A DNA stretch of 64,000 nt from Paraspadella gotoi. Taxonomy: Eukaryota; Animalia; Chaetognatha. Location of the stretch: NCBI GenBank assembly GCA_051294375.1, contig CM119270.1:20067160-20131159 (forward strand). Reading direction: 5' to 3'. The position numbers and the translations under genes were made by a program. Numbering within the stretch: the first letter of the stretch is position 1; each line of letters opens with the position of its first letter. Positions 26,601-41,416 of this stretch are shown piece after piece. The notes beneath the pieces were generated by a model. That model was not told the origin of the DNA. It worked only from the letters and a program-made list of their open reading frames with translations, and searched no databases.

Positions 26601-27353
26601 AGGAATATTAAATATCTTTACATATCGGAAAATATTTATGTTTGGGAAAAATAAGAACGGTAATTCAAATGTGTTGCGCCGAGGTGACTGTCTTATCACA
26701 TGTATTTCTTGTTATATGACATGACATAATGTGACGTACATGAAATGGCGTGACATGACATGAATTCATGACTACAATAACTTATTAACTTTCTTCGATC
26801 GTGTATTTATGATATGCACTGCATCAAAATTCTATTCTTTAATCATTATAGTTTTAGGATTTTCTAAAGATGGGCGCTCGAGTCCCTTGAGATTTGAGGT
26901 TTTTATCTGTCTTAACCTATGAGCACTATTGGCAAATATATTGCATTTTCACGTAAGTAGGACAGACCGACGGAGAGACATACCGACACCACCGATGGAC
27001 GAACTGACGACCAGAACGACTGACTGACAGACAGACCAACGAAAAGTGACTTATAGAGTTGCTCCGCGAGTACTCGTGGCGCAACTAAGAACCGCTTTTG
27101 TTCCGATTGTCTTATCACCTAGTATTGTATATATTTAGATTTTCTTCTATTTCTATTTCAATTTTTATTAATTTAAGGATAATTTTTAATAAAAAAAGGT
27201 TTAATTTTAAGTTTCGTAAATTTTTAACTTTTTTCTTTTGTACATTGCAAAAAGTAGACAAAGTAGAAAAAGTGTCGCAAAGTCATAATTATGTTCACGA
27301 GAAAAAGTCTCGTCTGAATAAAAATTATTCACTTCACTTTGCAAACGTCCTTT

Positions 27354-27401
<48 letters not shown>

Positions 27402-28310
27402 GTCTTTCTTTCTTTCTTTCTTTCTTTATTTATTTTTTTCGCTTTGATTCTTTTTTCATTTGTTCTTCATCTGTCTTCAATTCTTTCTTTATGTTCATTG
27501 TTTCCTTTTTTTATGTTCTTTATTTTCTTTTATTTCTTCCGGACATTTTTTCTTTTTTTTCATTTTTCTCCCATTTTCTTATTTTTATAATTTTCCGCTT
27601 CCAACTTCCAGATCGACCGACCGACCAAGACCACCTGAGACCAAAAGAGAAAGAAATTATAATCTTTTCTCTTCATAATTTCTTTTTTAAATTTTCAAAT
27701 TCACATGTGTAAAATTAAAATAAATTTTATAAAATACAAATGAGTTTTTCATTATTATCAAAAGCGAGGGAACCTTTTCTAAATGTAATATTTAAAATAT
27801 CTCGTTTTAATGTAAACTAGTAATTTAAAAGAAATTGCCCATTTTGACTGAACGTTGAAGTGAGATGTTTACAATAATGTAACTACAGCATTGAAAACGG
27901 CGTCCTTCCTTCTCGTTACCAAAGAGAAAAGTTACTATCTAAAAAATCAAAGAGCAGCCATTGGTCAGAGGTCAGCGATAGGGTCGGATTGAGGTCACGT
28001 CCGAGGTCAATTAGAGGTCATCCATTGACCACTCCAGCCTCGGAACCTCGAAGCGAGTAAACTTCCCCCATTTCCCTATTTTTTTCTTCTCTCGCCGCCA
28101 GAAGGAGGAAGAAGGGTTGCTCTTCTGTTTATCCATGCTTTTTTTTCCCCCTCGCTCGTCGTCTTTTTCGCGCTCTGGTGATTGACTCGGTTCTTACCTG
28201 GTAAACAGAGAAAAGGGAAGGACCCATTTTTTTCGCGCCTCTGACAATCTGGGTCTCGTGTATCGAGAGAGTTCGACCGCGAATATGTGGGTAGAAAAAG
28301 AGGGAAGGAT

Positions 28311-28375
<65 letters not shown>

Positions 28376-28676
28376 CCTTAAACTTAATGGGAGGTTAAAC
28401 GGAAGAATAAAAAAATAATTTTAACTAATGTAACTAAAAGAACATAATAACAGATGCGTTGGTATATTAGGGAATAGGGAGATACTACATATACATTATA
28501 TATACATATTTAGCTATATTTATATTTAAAAATTGTATAAATTGAGGATCATAGAGTCGAACGGAAGAAAAGAACGATATCTTTTACTGAATGAGGAAAA
28601 GAGAATCTCTCGTGTGACATTGGTAAGGGAGGTGAGTTAGTTTCACGAGGTCGCGTGAAGAAGAATCTCTTGTGAC

Positions 28677-28756
<80 letters not shown>

Positions 28757-28834
28757 GTATTTGAAAAGGTCAAAAAAAGAAAAGCCTGCGTAATGCAGAG
28801 AGAGAGACACACAAATTTCACCAGATTTTTTTAC

Positions 28835-29270
28835 AAGGTCAAAGAAGAAGATAGAGAAGGAGAGGTATTTTTAAAGAGATCCAAAAAAGAAGATAGAGAA
28901 GGAGAAGTATTTTTAAATAGGTCGATAGAAGAAGATAGAGAAGGAGAGGTTTTTCTTAAAAGGTCGAAAGAAGAAGATACAGAAGGAGAGTTATTTTTAA
29001 ACAGATCCAAAGAAAAAAATAGAGAAGGAGAAGTATTTTTAAAGAGGTCGAAAGAAGAAGATAGAGAAGGAGAAGTATTTTTAAAGAGGTCGATAGAAGA
29101 AGATAGAGAAGGAGAAGTATTTTTAAATAGGTCGATAGAAGAAGATAGAGAAGGAGAAGTATTTTTAAATAGGTCGATAGAAGAAGATAGAGAAGGAGAA
29201 GTATTTTTAAATAGGTCGATAGAAGAAGATAGAGAAGGAGAGGTGTTTTCTAAAAGATTGACAGAAGAAG
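28835..29270. repeat. 42-bp purine-rich minisatellite (copy 2, in the duplication)
   Basis: Same unit; produces the repetitive EEDREGEVFLNRSI ORF. Confidence 0.9.
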
Positions 29271-31429
29271 AATCTCAAGTGACTCGAGGAACGAGAAGGA
29301 TATTATTATTTTGGTGCGAGGTCAGAAGAAGAAGGGGTCGAGAAGGAGGCAACGCGAGGGGAAATCTGAGTTGACATTGGTGGGGTAAGGAAGGGGGTTT
29401 TGGGTAGGGAAGGGGGTTGGGGTAGGGTAGGGTGTGAGGATAGAAGGTTAGGATGATAGAAAAGGGTCACTGTGGTCATGAGAGAGAATGTGAGAGAGAA
29501 CAAAGAGAAGGTCAGGTAGAGAATCAGAGTTTGGAAGAGATTGAAAAAGCGGAAAGAAAAACAGAAAGAAAGAAAGACAGAAAGAAAAAAAAAGAAAGAA
29601 AAGGGAAGCCATCTTTTTATTATTCAAGGAAATAAATGGCAGAAAAAAAAAGTATTTTATTTTCCTTTAAAAAAAAATCATTTCCACGAATATTTATCTC
29701 TGTCAAAAACTCGTTTTCTCTCTCAGGAATTTCTGGGTTCCTTCCTTTCCTCTCCCCTTTTATTGTTGTTGTTGTTGTTGTTGTTGTTATTGCCATCAAT
29801 CAAAGTGATTGCCTTTCATATTTCAAGATTCTGTTCTCCTGTGTTCTGCCTCTGGTTTTTTTTATTTTGCCATTTTTATTATTTATTTGTATTATTGTTT
29901 TATATAGCTAAAATTCATTTTAGACAAGTTTTGTCTATTTAAAGAAAAAAAACTCAAACTACTGTACTGTTTTACGAATAATAAAATATACATATGGAGC
30001 CATGTATTATATTTACCTAACAAGACCAAACAGGTTAATGAAAACTGATAAGAAATATTTACAAATATTTTTTTAAAAAAATAAACAGAAATCATAATTT
30101 ATGATGACATCCCCGGTTATGGTTGGCGACGTTTCAATCTTCTCAATTTTGTCATTGAGAAAGGAGAACAGCGATTCCCAGGTGTTGGCTCGTTATTAAA
30201 CCTATCATTTGTTCTCTTCAGCAGCCTCTATTTAAACCTCATTTGCATATTATTTATTTTTTTCGTACTTTTTCTTTTATTCTTATACAACGCTTTCATT
30301 TCAATTGACTTTATTCTTGGCTTAACCTCACCTTAGCTTCCCTCGTTCCTTTTCCCTTTTGTTCTAAATTTGATTTCCCGACTTCAACCATTTTTGAAAC
30401 CAGATTCATTTTCCCTCCAATTCGCTTTTCGCATTATCGTAACTCGTATGAGTTTTCCAGAATAACGTTAAATTTGATACAATTTGGAAACCTGAGAATA
30501 TCGTTCCCTTAACTTTAAAATGACGTTAAATTTGTTACAATTTGAAAACCGGAGAAGATTGTCCCCTTAACTTTAAAACCGAACTTTAACTTTAACTTCA
30601 ACTAAAACTTTAAAATCAAACTTTTTTGTAGCAAAGGTCCATTTGGTCTATCAGATCCATCTACTGGTCCATTTCCTGCGATGGTAGAAAAAAAAAACAA
30701 AAAAAAACTATCGAAAAAAACCTGATCAAAAAAATTGTTACCAGATGTAACAAACATAACATAAATAAAGTTTTTTTTGTCATCAACTGATTCGTTTTTT
30801 CGATAATGGGGTCAAACGATTCTTTTTTGTGATCACCTGATTTGCTTTTGTGCTCCTCTGATTCCTTTCTTGTTAACGCTTTAACGCCGCAACCTCGGAA
30901 CGTACATTTGAACCTCATTTTAAACCCTTAGCTAACTTAATTAAATATCATTCGACTATTTTCTCTTGTCTTTCCTTCCTTCATAAATCTTTCCATACTT
31001 CTGCATAGTAAGACATATTTTTTCTCTTTCCTATTCCTTGTCTCCTCATATAAGTTATTCCCATTTTTTTTCCATAATAAAAAAAAAGAAAACAGTTTTT
31101 CTTGCGATTTTAACTCCTGAGGTTTTTTGACGAAGGGGAGATGGGATGGGGTGGGTTGAAGCGGTTGGTAGGGTTGCAAAGGGTGAAAGGGTAGCATGGT
31201 GGCAAGGTGGAAGGGAATTAAGAGTGGCATGGCGGTAAGGATGGTTTTAAGGGGTGGTAGGGTTGCGAGGGGGTGAAAGAGTAGCATGGTAGCAAGGTGG
31301 ATGGGGTTTAAGTCTGACATGGCGGTAAGGGTTAAAAAGGGTGTCAAGTATGCCACCTTGCAAGGTTTACTCGTTTGACATGGTAGTGCGGACTGTTTAA
31401 AAAGGCGAAAGGAAAAGTATAAGAGGAAG

Positions 31430-31640
31430 TAAAGAGAGGATAAGAAGAAGTAGGGAAAGGATGAGATAAAGTAGGGAAAGGATGAGAGGAAGTAGGGAGA
31501 GGATGAGAGAAAGTAGGGTGAGGATCAGAGGAAGGAGGGAAAGGATGAGAGGAAGTAGGGAAAGGATGAGGGAAAGTAGGGAAAGAATGAGTGTTAGTAG
31601 GGAAAGGATGAGAGAAAGCAGGGAGAGTATGAAAGAAAAC
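31430..31640. repeat. ~21-bp purine minisatellite
   Basis: gtagggaaaggatgagaggaa units. Confidence 0.8.
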
Positions 31641-33683
31641 TCTAGCGATTAGTAAGGAAAAATATGCCTAAAGGAAAATCGGGGAGAAAAAAAGGAAAAT
31701 ATAGGAATTGCAAATCAAAAACTGAGTCGTGGGGGGGAGACTAGAAAGCAGGGTTACGAAAAAAGCAGGGTGGCAGGGAAACATGGAAGGAGAAAACTAA
31801 GAGAACAAAAAATTATGGTTGTGGAAAGTCATTGTAGAAGAAAAGTGGGTTAGGACTCAGGAGGAAGAAAAAAATATTGTTATGGTTGAAGTAAAACGGG
31901 AAAAATGTATGTGAAGAGTAAATTCGACCAACCCTCTCTTCCGCCTCATGAGATCACAATCACTCAATAGCGGTCTTACACTATCACAACCTTAATAAAT
32001 CACAATCTGACTCAATAACGACCGCACACAATCACAGTTACCTACAATCACAATCTCATACGTCTCATCTCATACAATCACGGTCTCTAACACTGTCACA
32101 CAATAACCTTCAAACAGAATCACAATTTCACAAAATCACGGTCACAAACACAATCACAATCTTAGTCCCACAAATTCACGGACTCGACGTTCGCTCGAGT
32201 CACCCGATCACATTATTTTCGCTTTTCCACGGATTTTCTGCCTTGAGGGATTTCCCATTCACGATTCACGATTTTCCATTCACGATTTTCGTTTCAAGAT
32301 TTTTTTGTTCTCAGATTTTATTTCTTTTTTTTTTTTGCGAGGATGAAATTTCTTTTTTTTTTTTAAACAATATCACATTTTTCATTACAATTTGAAGAGT
32401 GACGGCGATATTGGTGATAGAGACAATCCAATGAAATGTGATTCAATAACAAAATAACAACAATAACGGTTATTCATTTATTAAATGAATTTAATCACGA
32501 CTAAATTTTGATATTGCTTTGACGACGTCGTCGGTTGTACTTTTGAACATTTAACCTTCGAATCGAGTTTTTTCCCTCGAGACGAAGAAAAGTTGGCCGC
32601 TGCGGAATCGAACCCGTGACATTTGGACAAGATCGCCGGCGTCGACGTTAATTTCGTTCCTCTCTCGTCGTCGTCGTCGTCTTATTTTGAATGTATTGAT
32701 TTAACTCGTTTTGTATTCGGCGGAACCACAAATCAAATAAAAAATACTTTCCGGAATTTTGGATTATAATAATTGTCGTTTGATAAAATGTTCAAAAGAA
32801 TTTGAGAAAACTTGATTTAAGAATTGCGGACATGAAGAGGAATTTAATGTGGAGTATTTTTTTTTCTACATCGTCGCCCTAGTCGTCGTCATGTTAGTCG
32901 TTGTTTCAGACACAAAAAGAATATATTTTTTTAAATTAAATGTTTACTCATAATTTTTTTACCTTAAAACTCAGTTCTAACGACGACAACAACAACAACA
33001 ACAACTACGATTTAATTTTGGCTCCGTTCAACGTCTGACTTTCATTCACCTGAGAACAAAACTCAAGATTTTTTTGGCAAAGACCTAAACATTTCCTTCA
33101 CCATATATACCTTTTGGCCATGTGGACACGTGGTCCCGTTGCGAGAAAAACCGTGAGCCAATTGTCTGCAAAGAGCAAGAGTCAGAATAACAGCAAAATC
33201 TTATGGAATCCTTGTTTTGCAAATTTAGCATCAGTTCCATTCACTTTCGTGAAATCGGGTATCAAATAAATACAATCAATATGAAAATTATGCATTCATT
33301 TATTAAATACGCTATCTTGCCCCTGATTTTGAACAAGTTATGGTGGGTTATCCTTTTACAAGATAATTACAAAGTAGGACCCTGCAAGCTTTCAATCACA
33401 GTCTCGTTTATTCATTCACTTATTTTCTTTTAAAAGTCACATTTCAATGAAGTGGTATAATGTTTAGTTGAATGTTTAAATTGTATAAAAGGACCACTCC
33501 AATAAATATTACATCGGTGAATACTTTGTCATCGTTGAGTCATCACGATAAATAGAATCGTCTCTTCTTCCTCACCCATTCGGGTAAGTGAATCCCAATT
33601 TCCTTCACTTCACAACACCTGTCTCTTCACAGCCTCACCTAAGCGACGACTCCTACATTATTCAACGCACTTGTTACCTCACA

Positions 33684-33718
<35 letters not shown>

Positions 33719-34883
33719 CTCTCTACTCTCTCTCTCTCTCTCTCTCCCTCTCTCTCCCTGCCCTCAAAACATTAATCATAAACACCAACGCCAAAAAAGA
33801 CAAGTCCTTTTACATACCATTCACACGTCTCGGTTCATTCACAGCTTCCTTCCTCAGCGTTCGTCTTTTTTATTTTACCTTCATTCTTTTTCTACCTACC
33901 GCAGCGCAACCCCCCCTACCCCTCGATCGTCACGTCCCAGCCGGCCCCCTACCCCTCTTCCCTTCACGCCCCCGGACTCCCCCCTTCTCTTCAAAGCGGT
34001 AATGGTCTTTGGCCTCAGAACAAAAAAACTTTTATTCGCCGGAACCAATTCTTCTTTTCCCTTACCTTCTTTCCTTACCCTCGCCTCCTTCACGTGAGAG
34101 ATGCGAAAATAAGTATAATTTCATAACATTAATATTTTGCACTTTAGAACTTTAATATTTAAAACCAATTTGTTTTTAAATTCTATATTATACATCACTG
34201 GCACCAGTAAGCTATTATTTAATATAGTAGTATTTTAGTAGAATTAAAATTTAGCATTTAGAGCATGACAATAAAAAACCCATTAAACATACTTAAGTAA
34301 ATTTAGTTTTTAAATTCTATTCCATTTATGGGCATCTGTATAGTATTAACTATTAAAGTATTTACATAAATAAAAATAATATATAAACTATATAATATAA
34401 ACAAAGATAACGCAGTTAAGTTCGTCAAAAACTAAAAAACTATATTCGAAAAAAACTGATTTCATCTTAAAAATATTGTTTTGTTGCTATCTTGACCTAC
34501 TTTTGAACTATAATTTTCTGAAAAAAAAGATTTATATTTAATTTAAATCAAAACTTTGATAAGAAAATCTGAATCCCTTGTTCTCAGAATTTCCTTTCTT
34601 ATGTTCCTGTCTCTTCTATTTATATCTGAGAGAGAGGACAGAGGCAATTAGTGATTTGACAGGTTATATCGGGTCCTGCAAGCTGATTGGTCGATCCCTT
34701 CCATCTCGGACTAATCATGGTTCGCGATTCCATTCCGCCGACGATCGCCTGATTCTTCGATCCGTTTACTTGGGGGAGGTAATCTTCTGCATAAATCTCT
34801 CTCTTCTCTCTTCTTCTCTCTCTCTCTCTCTTTCGTTCCTCGTTCTCTTAGGTATTTCCCCTGATTATATCTTTCTCATAACG

Positions 34884-34938
<55 letters not shown>

Positions 34939-34981
34939 TTTTCTTCTTTTCTTATTTTCCCCTGTTATATCTTCTCATAAC

Positions 34982-35027
<46 letters not shown>

Positions 35028-35224
35028 CTCTGCCTTTACGGCTTTGGGCTTTTGGCGATGACAATGAGCAACTTTAACTGTCGACGTGACTAAGTCGTTT
35101 ATGCCACGCCCACAACGTGACTTCCTCGTTTAAGTCTCGCTCACGACGTGTCAAGTCGTGACACGAAATCGGTTTTCAGGGTAAACACATTCGTCGGACG
35201 GCGTCTGTGAGAAGACTTCAACGA

Positions 35225-35915
35225 GAATCAGGCAACATTTAAACAAGGTTGTTCGTTATATTAATCAGGCATTATTAATGCAGGCACTATTTAAAACAAG
35301 GTTGTTCGTTAATATTAATGATGCATTATTAATCTAGGCAAACATTTAAACAAGGTTGGTTCGTTATATAATGAGGCATTATTAATCAGGCAACATTTAA
35401 ACAAGGTTGTTTGTTATATTAACAGGCATTATTAATCAGGCACTATTTAAACAAGTGTTCGTTAAATATCAGGACATTAATCAGCACTATTTATACAAGT
35501 TGTTCGTTATATTAATGGGCATTATTAATCAGGCAACATTTAAACAAGGTTGTTTCGTTAAATTAATCAGGCATTATTATTCAGGCACTATTGAAACAAG
35601 TGAAGAGACAGTAATTATTGTTATGTGTGAGTGACAGAACCGTTCAATGTAAGCAGTCCTGAGCTTCGGATCAGGCTTGTAACACCATGTTACAGGCGGG
35701 TTAAGCGCCCCGTCCCTCTTAACTGTAGGCGACCAACGGGCTAGAACCCCGGACCTTTTGGGTTGGGAGGCGAATGACTTGCCTCCGGCACAATGGCCGC
35801 TGATGAACGGTAGTAGGATTTTTAGTCCACCATAGAAGTTGTTCGTTATATTAATCAGGCATCATTAATCAGGCATTATTAATCAGGCATTATTTAAACA
35901 ATTTTGTTCGTTATA
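35225..35915. repeat. ~50-bp AT-rich minisatellite interrupted by a SINE-like insertion
   Basis: Units attaatcaggcattattaatcaggcaacatttaaacaaggttgttcgttat at 35225-35600, resuming at 35835-35915. Confidence 0.85.
35630..35780 (-). mobile_element. tRNA-derived SINE-like element
   Basis: The minus strand begins GCGGCCATTGTGCCGGAGG...TTCGCCTCCCAACCC...GGGGTTCTAGCCCGTTGGTCGCC. It has acceptor-stem-like pairing (GCGGCCA/TGGTCGC) and degenerate A- and B-boxes, followed by a non-tRNA body. It is a GC-rich island within an AT-rich repeat. Confidence 0.55.
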
Positions 35916-37569
35916 TAAATTTTAAAGGTTTATTAATTTAGTAATTCATCGACTTTTCACGCATTGGATTACTATGGTTTAGATTAATTTATTCATTGTT
36001 TTATTGATTTGTCACATTCTGATCCAAGACGGAAAACAATTAGCACAAAGAAAAATACCAACAATTTCGCGCCAAAAACCGAAACCAAGCGGCCTCATTC
36101 ATTTTATCTTTGTTTTTTTTTTCTGTTTTGTTATTATGTTTTGTTTTCATCCGCGAATCGTTGATCGAAATGCTAGTCAAACTGTAAACATCACCTACAC
36201 TATGTTGATGCCCAACTACATGTTATGCCTAACTATGTTAAAACTCTACGAACTTAAAACTGTCGGTAAAAAATCTTAAAAGTATAAGGATCTCGACAGA
36301 CCTTACTATCAAAGAAAATTAATGAAAAAGTACTATAATCTAATTTGCATACTGCAGTAAATCATAATGATGTGGAAATTCAAACAAAAAATACTTGAAT
36401 CGATATAAAAAAGAAAATAAAATACACATTTCACTGCCTAACTAATGGAACTTAATAACTAGAAACATTTGTTTGATAGTTAAACCATAAAACCGGCCAA
36501 AAAAAAGATAGAAATTGTTTTTTATTTTTGAGAAGACGATTATTAGAGAGAAGTGGCGAGCGAGTTTCGCCTCGACTATGGTACGATGATAATTATACAC
36601 TGATATGATGATAAGCATTCATTGACGTTTATGATAATCATTCATTGATGTGATGATAACCATAGTGATTGATTGACTGTATTGATATAAATAGTAATTG
36701 ATTGATTGATGTAATAGTAATTGATTGATTTTTGTAATTGATTGATGTAATAGTAATTTATTAATGCGATGAATAACCAATAATTGATGCGATGATAAAC
36801 AAAAAATTGATGCAATGATTGATGCGATAATATTCATTCACTGATGCGATGATAGTCATTCATTGACGCGATGAGTCATTCATCGTAAATAAAACAAACA
36901 AACGCGTATATGAGAGAGAGAGAAAGAGAGAGAGTGTACGAACTTTGTTTCCAAACATAAAACATATTCTGACTAAATCTCAGAGCCGTAAAATAAATCC
37001 ACGAAAAACTCGGATGTAAATTTGGGATTTTGTATTGAGAAAAAAGCGCGGAATAAATGGCGATAATAATAGTTTTTAGAAGGAGAAAAATAATCAGAAT
37101 TTTTCGAAAAACGCACGATCACGCAAGAGATCGTACAGAAAGAGACAGAGAGAGAGAAGAAGAGAGAGACACAGAGGAGAGAGACAGAGAGAGAAGACAA
37201 AGAGAGAGAGACCACAGAGAGAGAGAGAGAGAAAGCTGGACAGCGCTGGACAGCGCTTCAGAGCTGAACTCGTTTTTAAACGAATCTGAATAGGGTCGAA
37301 CTCCTTTCCTTTCTATAAATAAATTAAAAAATAAATACTTGGGTATAAATCATATAAAGAAATTTTTTGTACATTGAAAGTATAATTAAAAATGCTATAA
37401 ATTTTCCTTTGAGCATGTTCCAAACAAATTTTTGACTCACCCATTTGAGAGGGCTTCCCCTATTTCAGAAGAAAAAACAGAGAGAGGAGAGAGACGAATA
37501 AAATTTGAAGAGAGAGATAGAGAAGAAGCCTGGACAGCCGCTGGAATCAGATGCAGCAGCGCACGAGAA

Positions 37570-38250
37570 GAAAGAGAGGAGAAAAGCTCAACAGCCCTTT
37601 TACTCTACTTAATAAGTAAAGTACCTATGGCGCCCGGAGTTAGCGCGAACTCCTCCATCTGAAGGACTCGGTTCGCGCCCTGTTGATTCATACAAGAAAA
37701 GTAGGAAAAAAAAGAAAAAAAAAGGGAGAATGGATGTTAAACTGCTGACTGCATCACGGCTCGTCTTCAATATTGGTGAGCCACAATATATATATATATA
37801 TATATAAATATAAATTTTTTTTGTTAAAAAAGAGAGAGAGAGAGAGAGAGAGAGAAAGAAGCTGGACGACGCTGCACCGACGCTGCAGAGCCAGAACTCG
37901 TTTTTAGACAAATCAAGAAGAAGCAGTGACTGAGAAAAAGAGAGAGAGAGAGAGAGGACCGACATATAATTAAAAGAAAGAGAGAGGGAAAGAGACATAT
38001 AACTAAAAGGTTTTTGTTTTGTAAATAAAACATAAACAAATAGGAATATTGATATGAAACATGGAATTTTAAAGATCTTGATGATTAGAAGCCATATATA
38101 AATTTTCAATTCCCTATGATATCACACTTTTAGAAAGCCATGATTGCAAAAAAGCGTGACGCAGACGACGACGAACGACTACGGCACAAAGAAGCCAAAG
38201 CGATTTATCTATAGAGACAGGACCGGCTTCGCCCGGTCTGTCTCGATAAA
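37570..38250. repeat. Diverged ~600-bp direct repeat; partner at ~45970-46515
   Basis: Collinear shared strings: acagccc.tttactc, gttcgcgccc, tttttgttttgtaaataaaacataaacaaata, gattagaagccatat, ctatgatatcacacttt, ccatgattgcaaaaaagcg. Confidence 0.85.
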
Positions 38251-38317
38251 AAATAAAGTCTGTTTGACTCTAGGGAAAAAAACAAACTGGAAAATCAGAG
38301 AGAAAATTGACTTCGGG

Positions 38318-38392
<75 letters not shown>

Positions 38393-38709
38393 CGGATGGG
38401 ATTCTGACGTAACTTTGATGTTATCGCTTATGTCAAATCACTATATTAGAGAGCCCGATTAAAAATAAATCCAGAAATTTTATTAAAATAGAACAAGTTT
38501 ATATTAGCAACAAGATTGTGAAAAGAAACATCACATGAAAAAAGTTAAACAAAAAATCGTTTCATCGTCTCTTTTTTTCTCATTTGAATCATAATTATTT
38601 TTAATTAACCAAGAGAATTAATATCCCGCTCCAAATGGTTCAGTAACACCGGTTTAACCACATTATTGCTATAGTCTAACTAATCTCTTGTACAGTTTGT
38701 TTTTGTCCA

Positions 38710-39165
38710 CAGTTTGATTTCCCCTCTCTTATCCCCACAGTCAACTCTCCTTCTTGGTCCAATCTTTCCCACAGTCATACCTTCCTTACAGGCAAATCTT
38801 TTCCACAATCAAAGGTTCTCCACGGACTAATTATACCCACAGGCAATTATTCCCCACAGCTCCTCCAAAGTCTAATCTTCCCCACATTCTAATCTTCTCC
38901 AAGGGAAAATCTTCCCCAACGTCTAATCTTCCCCACAGTCTAATCTTCCCACAGTCTAAGCTTTTCCACAGTCTAATATTTCCCACAGTCTAAATTTCCC
39001 CACAGTGTAATCCTCCCACAGTAAAATCTTCCTCAGTCTAATCTTCCCCACAGTCTATAATCTTCCGCACAGTCATATCTTACCCACAGTCTAATCTTTT
39101 CCACAGTCTAACCTTCCCCACAGTCAAGGCTTCTCCACAGCCACACAGTCTGATCTTCTCCACAC
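38710..39165. repeat. Degenerate ~19-bp minisatellite just downstream of the GT31 stop codon (probable 3' UTR)
   Basis: Repeated ccacagtctaatcttcc units. Confidence 0.85.
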
Positions 39166-39347
39166 TTAAACCTTCTCCACATCCCCATCATCCACACACT
39201 CTGTCCCCATCATTTCTGCCCACGCCTCCCACATTCCCCACTTCTTGTTGAGATGAGTCGAGATGTAGTTGGACTTGAAGCCACACCACCCGCCCTTGAA
39301 TCTGAGAGAGAGAGAGAGAGAATATTTGATTTGATTTATAATGCTCC

Positions 39348-39383
<36 letters not shown>

Positions 39384-39455
39384 AGAGAGCAGAGAGAGAG
39401 AGAGAGATTTGATTGATTTATAATGCCAAAATGAGAGAGAAGAGAAGAGAGAGAG

Positions 39456-39492
<37 letters not shown>

Positions 39493-41356
39493 AGAAAGAG
39501 AGAGAGAGAGAAGGAAGATTTGAGTTTGATTTTAATAATGCTCCAAATGAGAGAGGGAGAGACAGAGAGAGAACAGCCACAAAAACAGTCAGAAATATAG
39601 ACAGAAGGGCGATGTGAAAAAGATAAAAATTTAATAAAAATTAAAATATAGCGTACAGAATATAAAAATAAAAAGATTAGTATTCACTTATTAGATAACT
39701 TTCAAGATATAATTGCTAAATATTGATTCTAAACTTTCACTTCACTCTAATAGACAGACATAAATGGTAGAACGACCACGCATCCGCCCCCCTCACCCCT
39801 TTTCCCTCTAAAACCCCACGCATCTCCCGACCCACTTGTGGTTAATCCGATCCACGTTGGTCAGGTTCATCCCCAAATAATCGTTGGCCACGAGACCCGA
39901 GATGTAAATATCGTCGAGACGAAAGAAGGGGACGTTGCGGGCGGCGGCGGCGACGGCGGCGGCGGCGCGCAAGGAGTAGACGATGGTCATGCCGTAGCAG
40001 GAGTCGGGATAGCGGGCCGGGGCGTATTCCTTTTTTTGGGAGAGGTGAAGTGAGAAGGGGGGTGGAATTTGGATTGATTGATTGATTGATCGATTGATTG
40101 ATTGATTGATTTATTTTTGGATTTATTCGTAGATTGATTGATTGAATGGTAGAACGTTAAATCTTAAACGTCTTTGTGTCCGTCTTTCTTTTAAAATGTC
40201 CGTCTGTTAGTTTCTGGTTTAAGTTTTTTTAAGCTTTTTGTTTTGTTTGTTATGAGTTAATCTTTTGTTTGTTTGTTATTTTAAAGTCTGTCTCCCCTTT
40301 CCGTTAGCTCGTCTAATTAATTTTTTTCGTTTCGTCATTTTAAAACATTCTCATAAATGAAATTGATACAACCAAATATAAAAATTATCCATTTATTTAT
40401 TGAATAGGCTATCTTGCCCCTGACTTTGGACAGGCTTTGGTGGTTTAAGGCCTCCATCACTCTGACAAGATAATGACATAGCAGGTCCCTGCAAGTTTTC
40501 GATCAGTCTCGTTTATTCAAAATAATACAATATAATATAATATAATAATTATACAATATAATACATTACAATACCTCGAATTCATCGGCGCCAGCCATTT
40601 CCCAACATTCCGCCCCCCCACCTCCCCCCCGCACAAACTCAACTCACGTCTTTGCTGACGAACCACTTGTCCTTCGGCTTCCTCACCGGCCCCGCCTTGA
40701 TGACCCTGCACCGGATGAGCCTTTCCTTCGGGTCGAGTTTGTCCAACAACTTCTTCAGTCCTTCCACGTGAAGGAGGATGTCGTCGTCGATCTTGACGAG
40801 GAAGTCGGCCGAAGAGCAGAAGCGGCTCGTCCACTCCAACGCGGCCACCGCCTTCAGGGTCAAGTTGTAGTAAGCGTCGAGGAAGTCTTTCTGTGAATTG
40901 AAGGAGGTGGGCGGCGGTAGAGGGGGTGGGAGGATAAGGAGGAGAAAGAGAGAAAAGACAGGATAGAGGGACATATGGACAAAACTGACTGACTGACCTG
41001 TAGTATATCCCCGTGTCTCACGCTCTCTCTCTTCAACGAGGCCTCCACTTCTTCGTCTTCGCTTCTTCCAACGACGAAGACTTTCGCCGTCTCGCCCAGG
41101 ACCTTCGGCGCATGCGCGGCCCACGTGGTCCGGATCGCAATTCGCTTCCCGAACGCGTCCGGACGCGTGTGGATGACGAAGACGACGCGCGGACGCGGAC
41201 GGTCCATGCAGAGTCGGGGGTTGCTTAGCAACGTAGCGAAGTCGCGAGGGAAGCAGTCATCGCAGCGCAGCGGGCGGACGGCGCAGCGCGGACCGCAGTC
41301 TTGGCCGTAGAAGATGGGGCTGAGATGAGAATGAGAGAGAGAGAGAGAGAGAGAGA

Positions 41357-41416
<60 letters not shown>

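Larger units (their letters stand above)
20091..31191. repeat. Tandem duplication of ~5.5 kb (20091-25620 / 25621-~31191)
   Basis: Both copies begin cttcccttcattactttcct and end gggttgcaaagggtgaaagggt, with scattered indels and a few substitutions. Confidence 0.95.

Noticed and set aside
28793-29374. 193-aa repetitive ORF (EEDREGEVFLNRSI)n
   Set aside because: It derives from the 42-bp minisatellite; the sister copy at 23255-23680 is frameshifted; no convincing start or splice sites.
35710-35780. Functional tRNA gene
   Set aside because: The D-arm, anticodon stem and TpsiC loop (GTTCTAG) are degenerate; better explained as a SINE head.
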